Below, piece by piece: positions 7,484-15,685 of a stretch of DNA of 41,001 nucleotides. Made by a program: the position numbers and the translations under genes. How positions within the stretch are numbered: position 1 is the stretch's first letter; each line of letters begins with the position of its first letter. The DNA is from a virus (lineage: Duplodnaviria > Caudoviricetes). Location of the stretch: positions 1 to 41,001 of IMG/VR virus record IMGVR_UViG_3300012942_001467. One strand, given 5' to 3'. Below the pieces are notes generated by a model. That model saw only the letters and a list, made by a program, of their open reading frames with translations, was not told the DNA's origin and made no database searches.

Positions 7484-8667
7484 CAGACCGTGACCCCGTG
7501 CGCCTTGAGCCACGCGGTCAGCGCGTCGGCCGCTTCCGCTTCGGCTTTCGTGTACCGGTGCGTGTGTTCGAGCCACCCGTCGACCGCTTTCGCCGGGAAG
7601 TCGGCCAGCGCGTCGGCCGCCGGCGGCGGGCTTGGCGGTGCGCTGCCTGCGGTGAGCGCGGCCAGCAGCTTGGCGCCGTCGGGCACGCCGAACCCGGTGG
7701 TTTCGTCGCGGCCCGGGCCGGCCCGGTACGCGCCGTTGTCGCCGGCGGTCACGTCGTACAGTGCGGCCGGGTTGCTGGTGACAAGGTTCATGAAGTCGAA
7801 GCTCTTGCCGCCGTTGCATTCCCACAGCAGCGCGTGCAGGCCGAGCATCAGCGGCGCGACCGCGCTGGTGCCGCCGATGACCGTCGATTCGCCGTCGATC
7901 ATGACTTCGTAGCCGGTGTCGGGGTCGGCGTTGCCAGCGATGTCGGGCACCTGGCGGCCGGGAAAGTGCTTGCTGACGCCGCCGCCGGTGGCCGAGCTGG
8001 TGTCGTTGTCGTCCCAGGTGACTTCGCTCGCCCGCTCGCCCGCGGCCGTCAGCGCCAGGCGGGTGCCGCCGCAGCCGATCGCATCGGGCGCGGATGCCGG
8101 GAAGTCGACTTGATTTCCGGCGCCCGACGAGTCCTGCGAGCCGGTGTCGCCGGCGGCGACGAACACGGGCACACCCTTGGCGCGGGCGGCCTTGATGACG
8201 GCGGCGAATTCGTCCATCGTGGCGCCGTCCCAGCTGGATTCGGGGCCGCCCCACGAAATCGACACGCCGTCGCATTCGGCGACGGCTTGCTTGATGGCTG
8301 CCAGGAATCCAGCGTCGGTGTTGGGTGCGAAGTACACGCGGAACGTGGCGGCCGGCGCGACCGCGCCGGCGACGATCATGTCAAGTTGCACTTCGCCGTC
8401 GGCGCCGTCGGCGCTGTCCTGCTTGTTGCGGCCGCCGGCGACGGGCACCGACACGAACGTCGGAGTCGCCAGGTCATTCGCGGCGAAGTACTCTCCTACC
8501 TGTTTGGCGTTGAACCCGCCACCCAACTCGATGATGCCGGCGACGAAGCCACGGCCGGTCGCCTGGCCGATCGGGAAGTTGTACGCGGCCGCGACCTGGC
8601 GCGGGGTCAGCGACGCCGGGTTCGACGAGCGGGGCCGGCGAATACCGGCGCGAAACGATACGGTCAC
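7483..8667 (-). CDS. S53 (sedolisin/kumamolisin) serine-carboxyl peptidase, catalytic domain only
   Basis: IIELGGG, GEVQLD, SISWG, AAGDTG, FPAS, VPDIAG, GGTSAVAP, DVTAGDN..GPGRD..TGFG. The GTG start at 8667 has RBS GAAAGG (alternative ATG at 8694). Confidence 0.9.
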   Translation of the reverse strand: MTVSFRAGIRRPRSSNPASLTPRQVAAAYNFPIGQATGRGFVAGIIELGGGFNAKQVGEYFAANDLATPTFVSVPVAGGRNKQDSADGADGEVQLDMIVAGAVAPAATFRVYFAPNTDAGFLAAIKQAVAECDGVSISWGGPESSWDGATMDEFAAVIKAARAKGVPVFVAAGDTGSQDSSGAGNQVDFPASAPDAIGCGGTRLALTAAGERASEVTWDDNDTSSATGGGVSKHFPGRQVPDIAGNADPDTGYEVMIDGESTVIGGTSAVAPLMLGLHALLWECNGGKSFDFMNLVTSNPAALYDVTAGDNGAYRAGPGRDETTGFGVPDGAKLLAALTAGSAPPSPPPAADALADFPAKAVDGWLEHTHRYTKAEAEAADALTAWLKAHGVTV

Positions 8668-8695
8668 TGATGGGGCCTTTCGTGTGGTGGGCATG

Positions 8696-8724
8696 AAAAA
8701 ACCGCCGACATTCCGTCAGCGGTT
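8696..8724 (-). terminator. Intrinsic terminator between the tail genes and the lysis cassette
   Basis: ACCGCTGAC-GGAAT-GTCGGCGGT followed by TTTTT on the minus strand. Confidence 0.75.
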
Positions 8725-8742
8725 GCGTTGCGTCCGGCCTGG

Positions 8743-9180
8743 TTACGGGCCGTAAGGCAGATCGTTGGTGCGCGACGTGATCGACACCGTGGAACCGGCG
8801 GTGATCGCCACCGTGTTCAAGATGGCTTCCGGTGTCGGGTTGGTGGCCGCAGTGCCGACTGCGCCTTGGTCGATCGTGGTCGTGCCGGCGTTGTTCACCG
8901 TGCGGAAGAACGACGCTGTTCCGGTGGCCAGCGCGGTCGCCGAGGCGATCTCCGCCCAGATGGCACGCCCGGCGGTGCCGGTGTCGGAGAATCCAGACAG
9001 TGGCGTGGCCGATGCCACCAGCTCGGCGAGCAGCGTGTTACCCGACAGCGATGCATTGGCGCTGGCCGGGACGGGCCCGCTGTAGATGCGGATTTTCGGT
9101 GACGCCCCTAATGCTTCGGCGTAGCCGGTGCCGTTGAGCATTCCCTGCGCGACAGCCGGGGTGATCGAGTAGGTCCCCAT
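8743..9180 (-). CDS. Putative virion/minor tail protein
   Basis: IRIYSG.P...TLLA..., TGTASFFR motifs seen in phage structural proteins; RBS GGAAGGG. Confidence 0.65.
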   Translation of the reverse strand: MGTYSITPAVAQGMLNGTGYAEALGASPKIRIYSGPVPASANASLSGNTLLAELVASATPLSGFSDTGTAGRAIWAEIASATALATGTASFFRTVNNAGTTTIDQGAVGTAATNPTPEAILNTVAITAGSTVSITSRTNDLPYGP

Positions 9181-9197
9181 ATCCGTTGGTGCCCTTC

Positions 9198-9482
9198 CTA
9201 TTTCGCGGTGGAGCGGAGTTGCGGTTGCACTTCGCCGCCGATGTTCTGCGGCAACCACTTGTGCAGATGCCAAGCCTCAGCCCGGTATTGCGCATCGGGC
9301 ATCTGTGCGGCGCGGAAGACGTCGACCGCCTGGACCACGGCCTCGATGGTCATGTCCTCGAAGTCGGCGAACTCTTCGGGGTGCGCGGCGACATAGGCGT
9401 CGGACAGCTCGCGCGCCTTATCCAAGTCCTGGCCCTCGCCGGGGTCCACGACAGCTTTGATCGCTTCCAATTCTTGGTTCAT
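9198..9482 (-). CDS. Hypothetical protein
   Basis: RBS GAAAGGA; acidic, helical ORF. Confidence 0.7.
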   Translation of the reverse strand: MNQELEAIKAVVDPGEGQDLDKARELSDAYVAAHPEEFADFEDMTIEAVVQAVDVFRAAQMPDAQYRAEAWHLHKWLPQNIGGEVQPQLRSTAK

Positions 9483-9524
9483 GGCGTTCCTTTCAATTGG
9501 TGAAACATGCTGTGCAGCAACTAG

Positions 9525-10925
9525 TTAGGAGGGCGGGACGCCTTTCCATTCGACGAGCACCAGACCTTGGCCGCCGTCGCCGCCGGCCTGCCCCGCCACG
9601 TTGCCGTATGAGTAGCCGCCCCCACCGCCCGCGCCGTAGTTGCCGCCCGCCTGGCCTTCGCTGCCGCCCGCACCTGCATGACCGGGAGGCGGGGTGGCGG
9701 CGTTGCCGCCCGGTGTCGAAACGGTGCTGCTGGTGCCGCCGGCGCCGGCAGCGCCAGAGATGCCGCCCCACGAGCAGCGGCCGCCGCCACCACCCGGGCC
9801 GGCGTCGCTGGTGTTGTTGCCGCCGGGAGAACCGCCGCCGCCCGACCAGTTCGACCCGCCGCCGGCCGACCCCGACGCCCCGGTGACCGCGGTGCCGTTG
9901 ATGCTGGCCGGGGATGCCGACCAGTTGCCGCCGGCGCCGCCGACGGAGTCGCCGCCGTTGACGCCGTTGCCGCCGAGGCCGCCGCCGTTGGCGGTCAACG
10001 TGATCGAGCCCGACTGGAATATCGAATCGACGCCGTTGACGCCGAACGACGTCGAGTAGGTGCTTCCCAGGAACGCGACCGGTATCCAGATGCGGTTCAC
10101 GCGGCCGCCGCCGCCACCGCCGGCGCCGCCGCTGGCGTTGTACACCGATGTGCCGCTGCCGCCCTTGCCGCCGGCGCCGATCAGGGTGACCCAGCAGCCC
10201 GCGGTGCCGGACGGGATCGCGTAGTTGGTGCGCGCGACGTTGGTCTCGTTGAAGTCGGTGAACGTCGGGTTGATGTCGGTTCCCGCCAGTGCGGTGATCG
10301 CCTTCTGTAGCGAGGCGGTCAGCGAACCGGATTGCGCTTGGCCGCCCAGCATCGCCGACGCCATTTGACTGAGTGCGCCGGTGACTGTTCCCTGTTGAGT
10401 CTGGCCGGCCGCCAACGCCGCCGACATGATTCCCAAGGCTGCGGCGATGGTGCCGGCTTGGGTTTGCGCCCCGGCCCCGGCTGACGACACCTGCTTGAGA
10501 GCGGCGGCGATGGTGCCGCTCGGCAGCATGACGCCGTTGAGCGCCGTGCTCATCAGCGGTTCGATCGACGTGATTCCGCCGACGAAAAGTTCCTGCGCCA
10601 GCATGGACGCCATAACCTGTTGCAGCGCGGCCGCGACGATCCCCGACTGTGTTTGGCCGCCGACGAGCGCCGAGGATGGGACACCGAGGCTGGCCGCTAT
10701 CACGCCGGATTGCTGCTGTGCACCGGTCAGCGCCGCAACCAATCCAGGCTCGACGGCGCTGATGCTTCCCTCTGGTTGCATGAGGCCGACGGTCGCGGTC
10801 ACCGGCTGCGGGAGGGTGGCGTGGATCGTGCCCGACTGTGACTGCGCGCCGGTCATCGACATGACCATCTGCTCGAACATGGCCGACGCGGTGGCGATGA
10901 ATTCTGCCCACCAACCGACGGCCAT
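9525..10925 (-). CDS. Minor tail protein with about 22-aa repeats and Gly-rich C-terminal domain
   Basis: MAVGWWAE start, repeated QxQxGx(I/V/L)xxxL, Gly-rich domain. Confidence 0.8.
   Translation of the reverse strand: MAVGWWAEFIATASAMFEQMVMSMTGAQSQSGTIHATLPQPVTATVGLMQPEGSISAVEPGLVAALTGAQQQSGVIAASLGVPSSALVGGQTQSGIVAAALQQVMASMLAQELFVGGITSIEPLMSTALNGVMLPSGTIAAALKQVSSAGAGAQTQAGTIAAALGIMSAALAAGQTQQGTVTGALSQMASAMLGGQAQSGSLTASLQKAITALAGTDINPTFTDFNETNVARTNYAIPSGTAGCWVTLIGAGGKGGSGTSVYNASGGAGGGGGGRVNRIWIPVAFLGSTYSTSFGVNGVDSIFQSGSITLTANGGGLGGNGVNGGDSVGGAGGNWSASPASINGTAVTGASGSAGGGSNWSGGGGSPGGNNTSDAGPGGGGGRCSWGGISGAAGAGGTSSTVSTPGGNAATPPPGHAGAGGSEGQAGGNYGAGGGGGYSYGNVAGQAGGDGGQGLVLVEWKGVPPS
9592..9638. 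repeat. 47-bp exact repeat, copy 1
   Basis: Identical to 10982-11028. Confidence 0.9.
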
Positions 10926-10929
10926 CAGC

Positions 10930-13056
10930 TCAGACCCACTCGACCATCACCAGGCCGTCCGCGCCCGGGCCGCCGGGCTGGCCCGCCACGTTGCCGTATG
11001 AGTAGCCGCCCCCACCGCCCGCGCCGTACTTGCCGCCGGCCGCGCCTTCGCCGCCGCTGGCCCCGGCGTGGCCCGGCTGGGCGTCACCGCCGGGCTTGCC
11101 GGCCGCACCGGCGGGCACGGTGCTCGATGCTGCGCCCGTGGTTTGGGCGCCGGACAGCGCGCCGTACGAGCCGCGGCCGCCGGCTCCACCCGGGCCGGCG
11201 TCGTCGGTGTTCGGGTTGCCGTTGGCGCCGCCCATCATCGAACTGTTCGCGCCGGCTGATCCGTTGGCGCCGGTAACGCCGTCCAGGCCGGTCGCTGACC
11301 AGGTTCCGCCGGCGCCGCCCACGGCGGTCGCACCGTAGGCCGCGGTGCAATAGCCGGCACCGCCGCCGCCGGCTCGTAAAGCGATTGCACCGGAGGTGAA
11401 CACGGAGTCGCCGCCGTTGACGCCGTGCCCGGCGGTGTAGGTGTCGCCGAGCTCGGCGCGCGGGATGAATATCCGGTTGATCCGGCCGCCGCCGCCACCA
11501 CCGGAGCCGCCCGTCGCGTTGTACGTCGACGTTCCCCTTCCGCCTGGGCCGCCGGCGCCGAGCAGCGTGACATAGCAGCCCGTGCAGCCGTCAGGGATGG
11601 GCTGGTTGTTGCGGTCCTGGTTGACTTCGGTGAAGGGCTGGAACTCGCCGGGCGCGTACACGGCGCCGGCCGCGGCCGACGACATGCCACCCGCCGCGGC
11701 CGCGACGGAGGCCGTGATGGCCGGGCCTGTCTTGTATCCCAGGTTGTTCGTCGACCCCGGGTGCAGGTAGGTGGCGATTTCATACCAGACCGTCGATATG
11801 GCTGCCAGCGGGTTGGGGCTTGTGGTCTGGAAGTTCTCGTAGACCGAGATGATGGTCCCGGTCGTCGGCTCCACCATTGTGCAGCTGTCATACCCGAGCC
11901 ACGACCCGTCGTGGCCCACCCATGATCCGCAGCGCAAGGCTGCGAGCCCGTAGCCGAACGTCGGCGGCCCGGTGTGCGCCAAACCGAACGGCGGGGCCTG
12001 GGGCTGCTCAGCGAACTCCGTCATCTGCAACTGATGCATTTCCGGGCTGAGCAGGGTTCCGTCGCGAAATGCCTTCCCCCACTTGACCATATCGGAGATC
12101 ACCGAGTCGATCCCGCCTGCTGACCAGACGTAGGCGGGGTTCTGGTTGCTGACGTCGCGCATCAGCACGATCCCGAATATCGCCAAGATCGGGTTGTGGT
12201 CGTAGCCGTGGGCGTACGGCGCGGGCGGCGTACCGGTGGCTGTGCGAAGGCGGGTGTTGACCAAGCCGAGCGGGGTCAGGATGTCTTGCTGAAGTATCTG
12301 GTCGTACGTGCGGTGCGCCGGGTCGATCGCCTCCAAAATCTTGGCCAGCACAAAATGATTCGAGTTGGTGTAGTAGTAGCGGGTGCCGGGCGGGAACTCC
12401 GATGTTGCGCCGTTGCCGCCGGCTTTGATAATTGCGATGAGCTGGTCGACCGTCATCGCGCCCGTCGGGTTCAGAATGAAATTCGTTCCCAGGTTCGGGC
12501 TCTGCTCATAGTCGAACAGCCCGCTCTGCATCATCAGCATTTGACGGATGGTCGGATCGACGCGATAGCCCGAAAGATATTTGCTCAGAGGGTCATCGAG
12601 CGACAACAGCCCCTTGTCGACCGCCATCAGCACCAGCGTTCCGGTGAACATTTTGGTCTGCGAGGCGATCAGATAGTGGTCGTCTGTGGTGGCGCTGCCG
12701 TTGCCGTACGCCTTCGTCAGGTAGCCGTCGGGGCCGACGATCGCCACGACGAGACCCGGGCCGGCGCCGGCCGCGATGCAGCGGGCGGCAATGGCGTCGA
12801 TGGCGGCGACCTTGTCTGCTGCCATCGGGTTCTGGTCCGGCGTCGGGTTCAACGTCTTGGCGTTCGCGAACGGCACCTGGGCGCCGATGTTTCCTGCCTT
12901 GTCGACCGGGGCGGCCGTCAGCCGGCCGCTGTAGTCGGTGTTCGAACTCAGGCCGTCGACAATGAAATTGGCGCCATCGGCCACGGGTGTTTGGTTGAGC
13001 TGCTTACCGTCGAGGAAGAAGTAATAGCCGGCGAGACCGCTTACCTGGTTAGGCAT
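10930..13056 (-). CDS. Minor tail protein: partial FN3, serine hydrolase (D-Ala-D-Ala carboxypeptidase/beta-lactamase fold), Gly-rich domain
   Basis: SQTK (SxxK), YTN (YxN) and GHDG motifs; start MPNQVSG. Confidence 0.85.
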   Translation of the reverse strand: MPNQVSGLAGYYFFLDGKQLNQTPVADGANFIVDGLSSNTDYSGRLTAAPVDKAGNIGAQVPFANAKTLNPTPDQNPMAADKVAAIDAIAARCIAAGAGPGLVVAIVGPDGYLTKAYGNGSATTDDHYLIASQTKMFTGTLVLMAVDKGLLSLDDPLSKYLSGYRVDPTIRQMLMMQSGLFDYEQSPNLGTNFILNPTGAMTVDQLIAIIKAGGNGATSEFPPGTRYYYTNSNHFVLAKILEAIDPAHRTYDQILQQDILTPLGLVNTRLRTATGTPPAPYAHGYDHNPILAIFGIVLMRDVSNQNPAYVWSAGGIDSVISDMVKWGKAFRDGTLLSPEMHQLQMTEFAEQPQAPPFGLAHTGPPTFGYGLAALRCGSWVGHDGSWLGYDSCTMVEPTTGTIISVYENFQTTSPNPLAAISTVWYEIATYLHPGSTNNLGYKTGPAITASVAAAAGGMSSAAAGAVYAPGEFQPFTEVNQDRNNQPIPDGCTGCYVTLLGAGGPGGRGTSTYNATGGSGGGGGGRINRIFIPRAELGDTYTAGHGVNGGDSVFTSGAIALRAGGGGAGYCTAAYGATAVGGAGGTWSATGLDGVTGANGSAGANSSMMGGANGNPNTDDAGPGGAGGRGSYGALSGAQTTGAASSTVPAGAAGKPGGDAQPGHAGASGGEGAAGGKYGAGGGGGYSYGNVAGQPGGPGADGLVMVEWV
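10982..11028. repeat. 47-bp exact repeat, copy 2
   Basis: Identical to 9592-9638. Confidence 0.9.
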
Positions 13057-15685
13057 CAACACTTCCCGTCGCCGATAGTGTGAGTGAGCTGTTCGTGGCT
13101 GCGACAACGTGCGTCGTTGGGGCTGATGGCGGTGTGGTGTCCGCTCCGGTCGACTGGTTGGCGACCGCGTTGGCGCGGAACCGAACCCAGGCGGCGGGCG
13201 CGCCGCCTGGGCCGCCGGGCTGGAAGAAGATTCCGTTACCGCCCGCGCCGCCGCCGCCCGGTGAGGAGCCCGCGGCGCCCGGCGTGTTCTGATCGCCGCC
13301 GCCGGCGTAATGCTTGCCGTTGTAGTCGAATCCGCCCGGCCCGATTCCCTTCGATCCGCCCAAGAAGACCGGGCTTTCGGGCCGCGATCCCGGTGTGGAC
13401 GACAGCGAATGCCCGGTGATCGAAACTGTCGGTGCGGTCCCGACGCCGCCGTTGGCTGCGCCGGGCGTGCCTTGCACGAAGTTGACGGTGGTCACCGTGT
13501 TGTCGAAATGGGTGCCGCGCTGCCAGGTCGTCGCGTTGTACTTGCCGGGCGCCCCGCCTTGGCCGAAGAAGCCCAGCGTCAATCCCTGTTCGCCGCCCTG
13601 GCCGGGGCCGAGGACAACGACGTCGATGTACTGCGCGTAGGCGGGTATCGAAATCGTCTGGCTCGTGGTGAGGTAGAACGTCTCATCCGAGCCGGGCACG
13701 TTGTTGGCTGACTGGTTGATCGCGTTGTACAGGTCGGCCACGCTGGCATTGGTCACCGGCTTGCCGAGATGGCCGCCGACGATGGCGTTGAGGACAGCCT
13801 GCAAATCGCCGGCCATGTTGACCGAGCCAAGCGGCCCAAGGATATTCGTGGGGTCGAAGTTTTCCAGCGCAGTCATCACATCTGACAGCTCGGCGCCGAC
13901 CACGGGCACCTTCGATGCGGCGCTGGCGATCGTGTCGGCCAGCGACTGCCAGCGTTGCGACGCGAACTGTAGGTCGTCTTCGAGCCCCTCGACCCACGAT
14001 TTCGGCACCACGGCGGCCTGGGTGACGCTGCCGTCGTCGAACCGGAAAATCCCCGCCTGCGCGGTGTCGGTTACCAGAAGGCGAATCTGGATACCGATCA
14101 CGCCGTCGGGAACCGTGTACGAGCCGGTCAACTGGTGGCCCGGCCAGCCGAGGTCCGCGGTGCCCGAGGGGGTGAAGCTGTCCAGGGTGACGAAATCACC
14201 GCGCACCAGAGACCCGTCGGACGCCGACGTGAACGGAACCACCTGCAACACAACGGGTGCGCCCGTGCCGGCGGCCATGTAGCCCTGGTGGGAGACCCAG
14301 ATAGACGCGGTGATCTTCTGGCCGGCGCCGACTTTGATCGTGTCGGTGGGGTCGCTGCCGCTGCGCAACGCCTTGAACCGGCCGTCGGCGACGACCATGA
14401 CGCTGCCGGTGCCGTCGGCGCTGCGCGACGAGGCGGGATCGACAACCCAGTCAGGGTTCGGGCCGACGGCATCGGCAGCGAACAGCGGCGCGATCAGCAG
14501 GTTCGGTTGATTCGTTGTGATGGCGCCGATTGAGATCGGCGAGTTCGGACCCAGCACCAGCCCGGTGCGGCTCAAGACTTGCCGGATGAACTGCTCGGCC
14601 CCGGCCACCGGGTTGAACGAGCCGTCGTTGAGGTTCATGCCGCCGAGGAACTTGCGCAAGTTCGTGAAGAACGTCGACACGTCGTCGAGGTTGATGTCGG
14701 TCCCGGTGAGCCCGCTGATCGCAGCCGCGATCTGTTGCGCGGTGACTATCAGTCCGGTCGGCTTGAGCACGTTGTCGATGAACTGGTATGCGGCTTCGAC
14801 CGGGTTGAAATCAGGTGAGCCGAGCTTGATCCCGCCGAGGAACTTCATCAGGTTTTCGAACGGGGTGGTCAGCTCGGGCAACGGCGAATTCACCACGCCG
14901 CCGCCGCCGTGTTCTTCGAATCCCAGCACCGCCAGCACGGCGTTGATGAAATTGATGACGGCGGTCAGGTCTTTGACGATCGGGTCGAGCGCGTCGGTGA
15001 CGAATTCGAGCAGCGTACCGATCTTCTTCAGGTCGAGACCGGAGAAGAACTTGATGATCGGCCCGAGTAACTGGCCAAGCGGCCCAAGGTCATTCGCGTC
15101 GATACCCAACGCTTCGAACAGCTGCGTCAAGCTGGGCAACAGGTTGCCGACCGAGCCGAACAGGGTGCCGATCGCGGTCGTCAGGTCTTGCAAGTCCTTG
15201 ATGAACTGCGGGTCGATCCCGATCAGCGACAACCAGTTCTTGATGATGGTGTTGATTTCGTCGGTGAACTGTTGGTTCGGGACGACGTAGCCGAAGAAGA
15301 ACCGTTCGGCCGCTTGGAACAGATCGACCGGGAACGGTGCGTCGCCGAGCCCGAACAGCGCGCCCAATGTCGGCAGAATGTATTGCAGGTCGCCGAAATC
15401 GAGGACGCCTTCGGTGATTTCACCGCCGCCGAGCAACACGATGACGTCGGCGATGAACTGCTGTATCTGCTGGATCGGGTTGTTCGTCGCGTCGTTGACG
15501 CCTTGCTGAAGCTGCTGCTGGCCCTGGGCGAGCGCCTTGATCTGGAAGTCGTGCCGCTGCAACAGCGCGGCCATCTTGTCTGCGCTGGCGAAGTCGGCCG
15601 CGTCAGGGTTGGGTGATTCGGTGATCGACGACAGTTCGCGGGTTTCCGGTGACGTGTAGGCGGGCCCGCCGAACTGGTTGCTCAT
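13049..15685 (-). CDS. Large minor tail protein (CBM-like and Gly-rich regions, C-terminal half-FN3)
   Basis: Synteny; beta-sandwich-like segment; ends ADTTPPSAPT...SLTLSATGSVDA. Confidence 0.8.
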   Translation of the reverse strand: MSNQFGGPAYTSPETRELSSITESPNPDAADFASADKMAALLQRHDFQIKALAQGQQQLQQGVNDATNNPIQQIQQFIADVIVLLGGGEITEGVLDFGDLQYILPTLGALFGLGDAPFPVDLFQAAERFFFGYVVPNQQFTDEINTIIKNWLSLIGIDPQFIKDLQDLTTAIGTLFGSVGNLLPSLTQLFEALGIDANDLGPLGQLLGPIIKFFSGLDLKKIGTLLEFVTDALDPIVKDLTAVINFINAVLAVLGFEEHGGGGVVNSPLPELTTPFENLMKFLGGIKLGSPDFNPVEAAYQFIDNVLKPTGLIVTAQQIAAAISGLTGTDINLDDVSTFFTNLRKFLGGMNLNDGSFNPVAGAEQFIRQVLSRTGLVLGPNSPISIGAITTNQPNLLIAPLFAADAVGPNPDWVVDPASSRSADGTGSVMVVADGRFKALRSGSDPTDTIKVGAGQKITASIWVSHQGYMAAGTGAPVVLQVVPFTSASDGSLVRGDFVTLDSFTPSGTADLGWPGHQLTGSYTVPDGVIGIQIRLLVTDTAQAGIFRFDDGSVTQAAVVPKSWVEGLEDDLQFASQRWQSLADTIASAASKVPVVGAELSDVMTALENFDPTNILGPLGSVNMAGDLQAVLNAIVGGHLGKPVTNASVADLYNAINQSANNVPGSDETFYLTTSQTISIPAYAQYIDVVVLGPGQGGEQGLTLGFFGQGGAPGKYNATTWQRGTHFDNTVTTVNFVQGTPGAANGGVGTAPTVSITGHSLSSTPGSRPESPVFLGGSKGIGPGGFDYNGKHYAGGGDQNTPGAAGSSPGGGGAGGNGIFFQPGGPGGAPAAWVRFRANAVANQSTGADTTPPSAPTTHVVAATNSSLTLSATGSVDA

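Noticed and set aside
7484-8275. N-terminal extension of LysA given in the ORF track (770 aa)
   Set aside because: It is an Arg-rich off-frame overlap with the protease gene. The ATG at 7483 is coupled to the protease stop.
9592-11028. Diversity-generating retroelement TR/VR pair
   Set aside because: There is no reverse transcriptase in the window, both copies are coding, and the mismatches are not adenine-specific.
11760-12800. Antibiotic-resistance beta-lactamase
   Set aside because: The domain is fused to FN3 and Gly-rich tail domains inside the tail operon and has no signal peptide. It fits known phage tail D-Ala-D-Ala carboxypeptidases.
9525-13400. PE_PGRS-like host genes
   Set aside because: There is no PE domain, and the Gly-rich segments belong to phage tail proteins.
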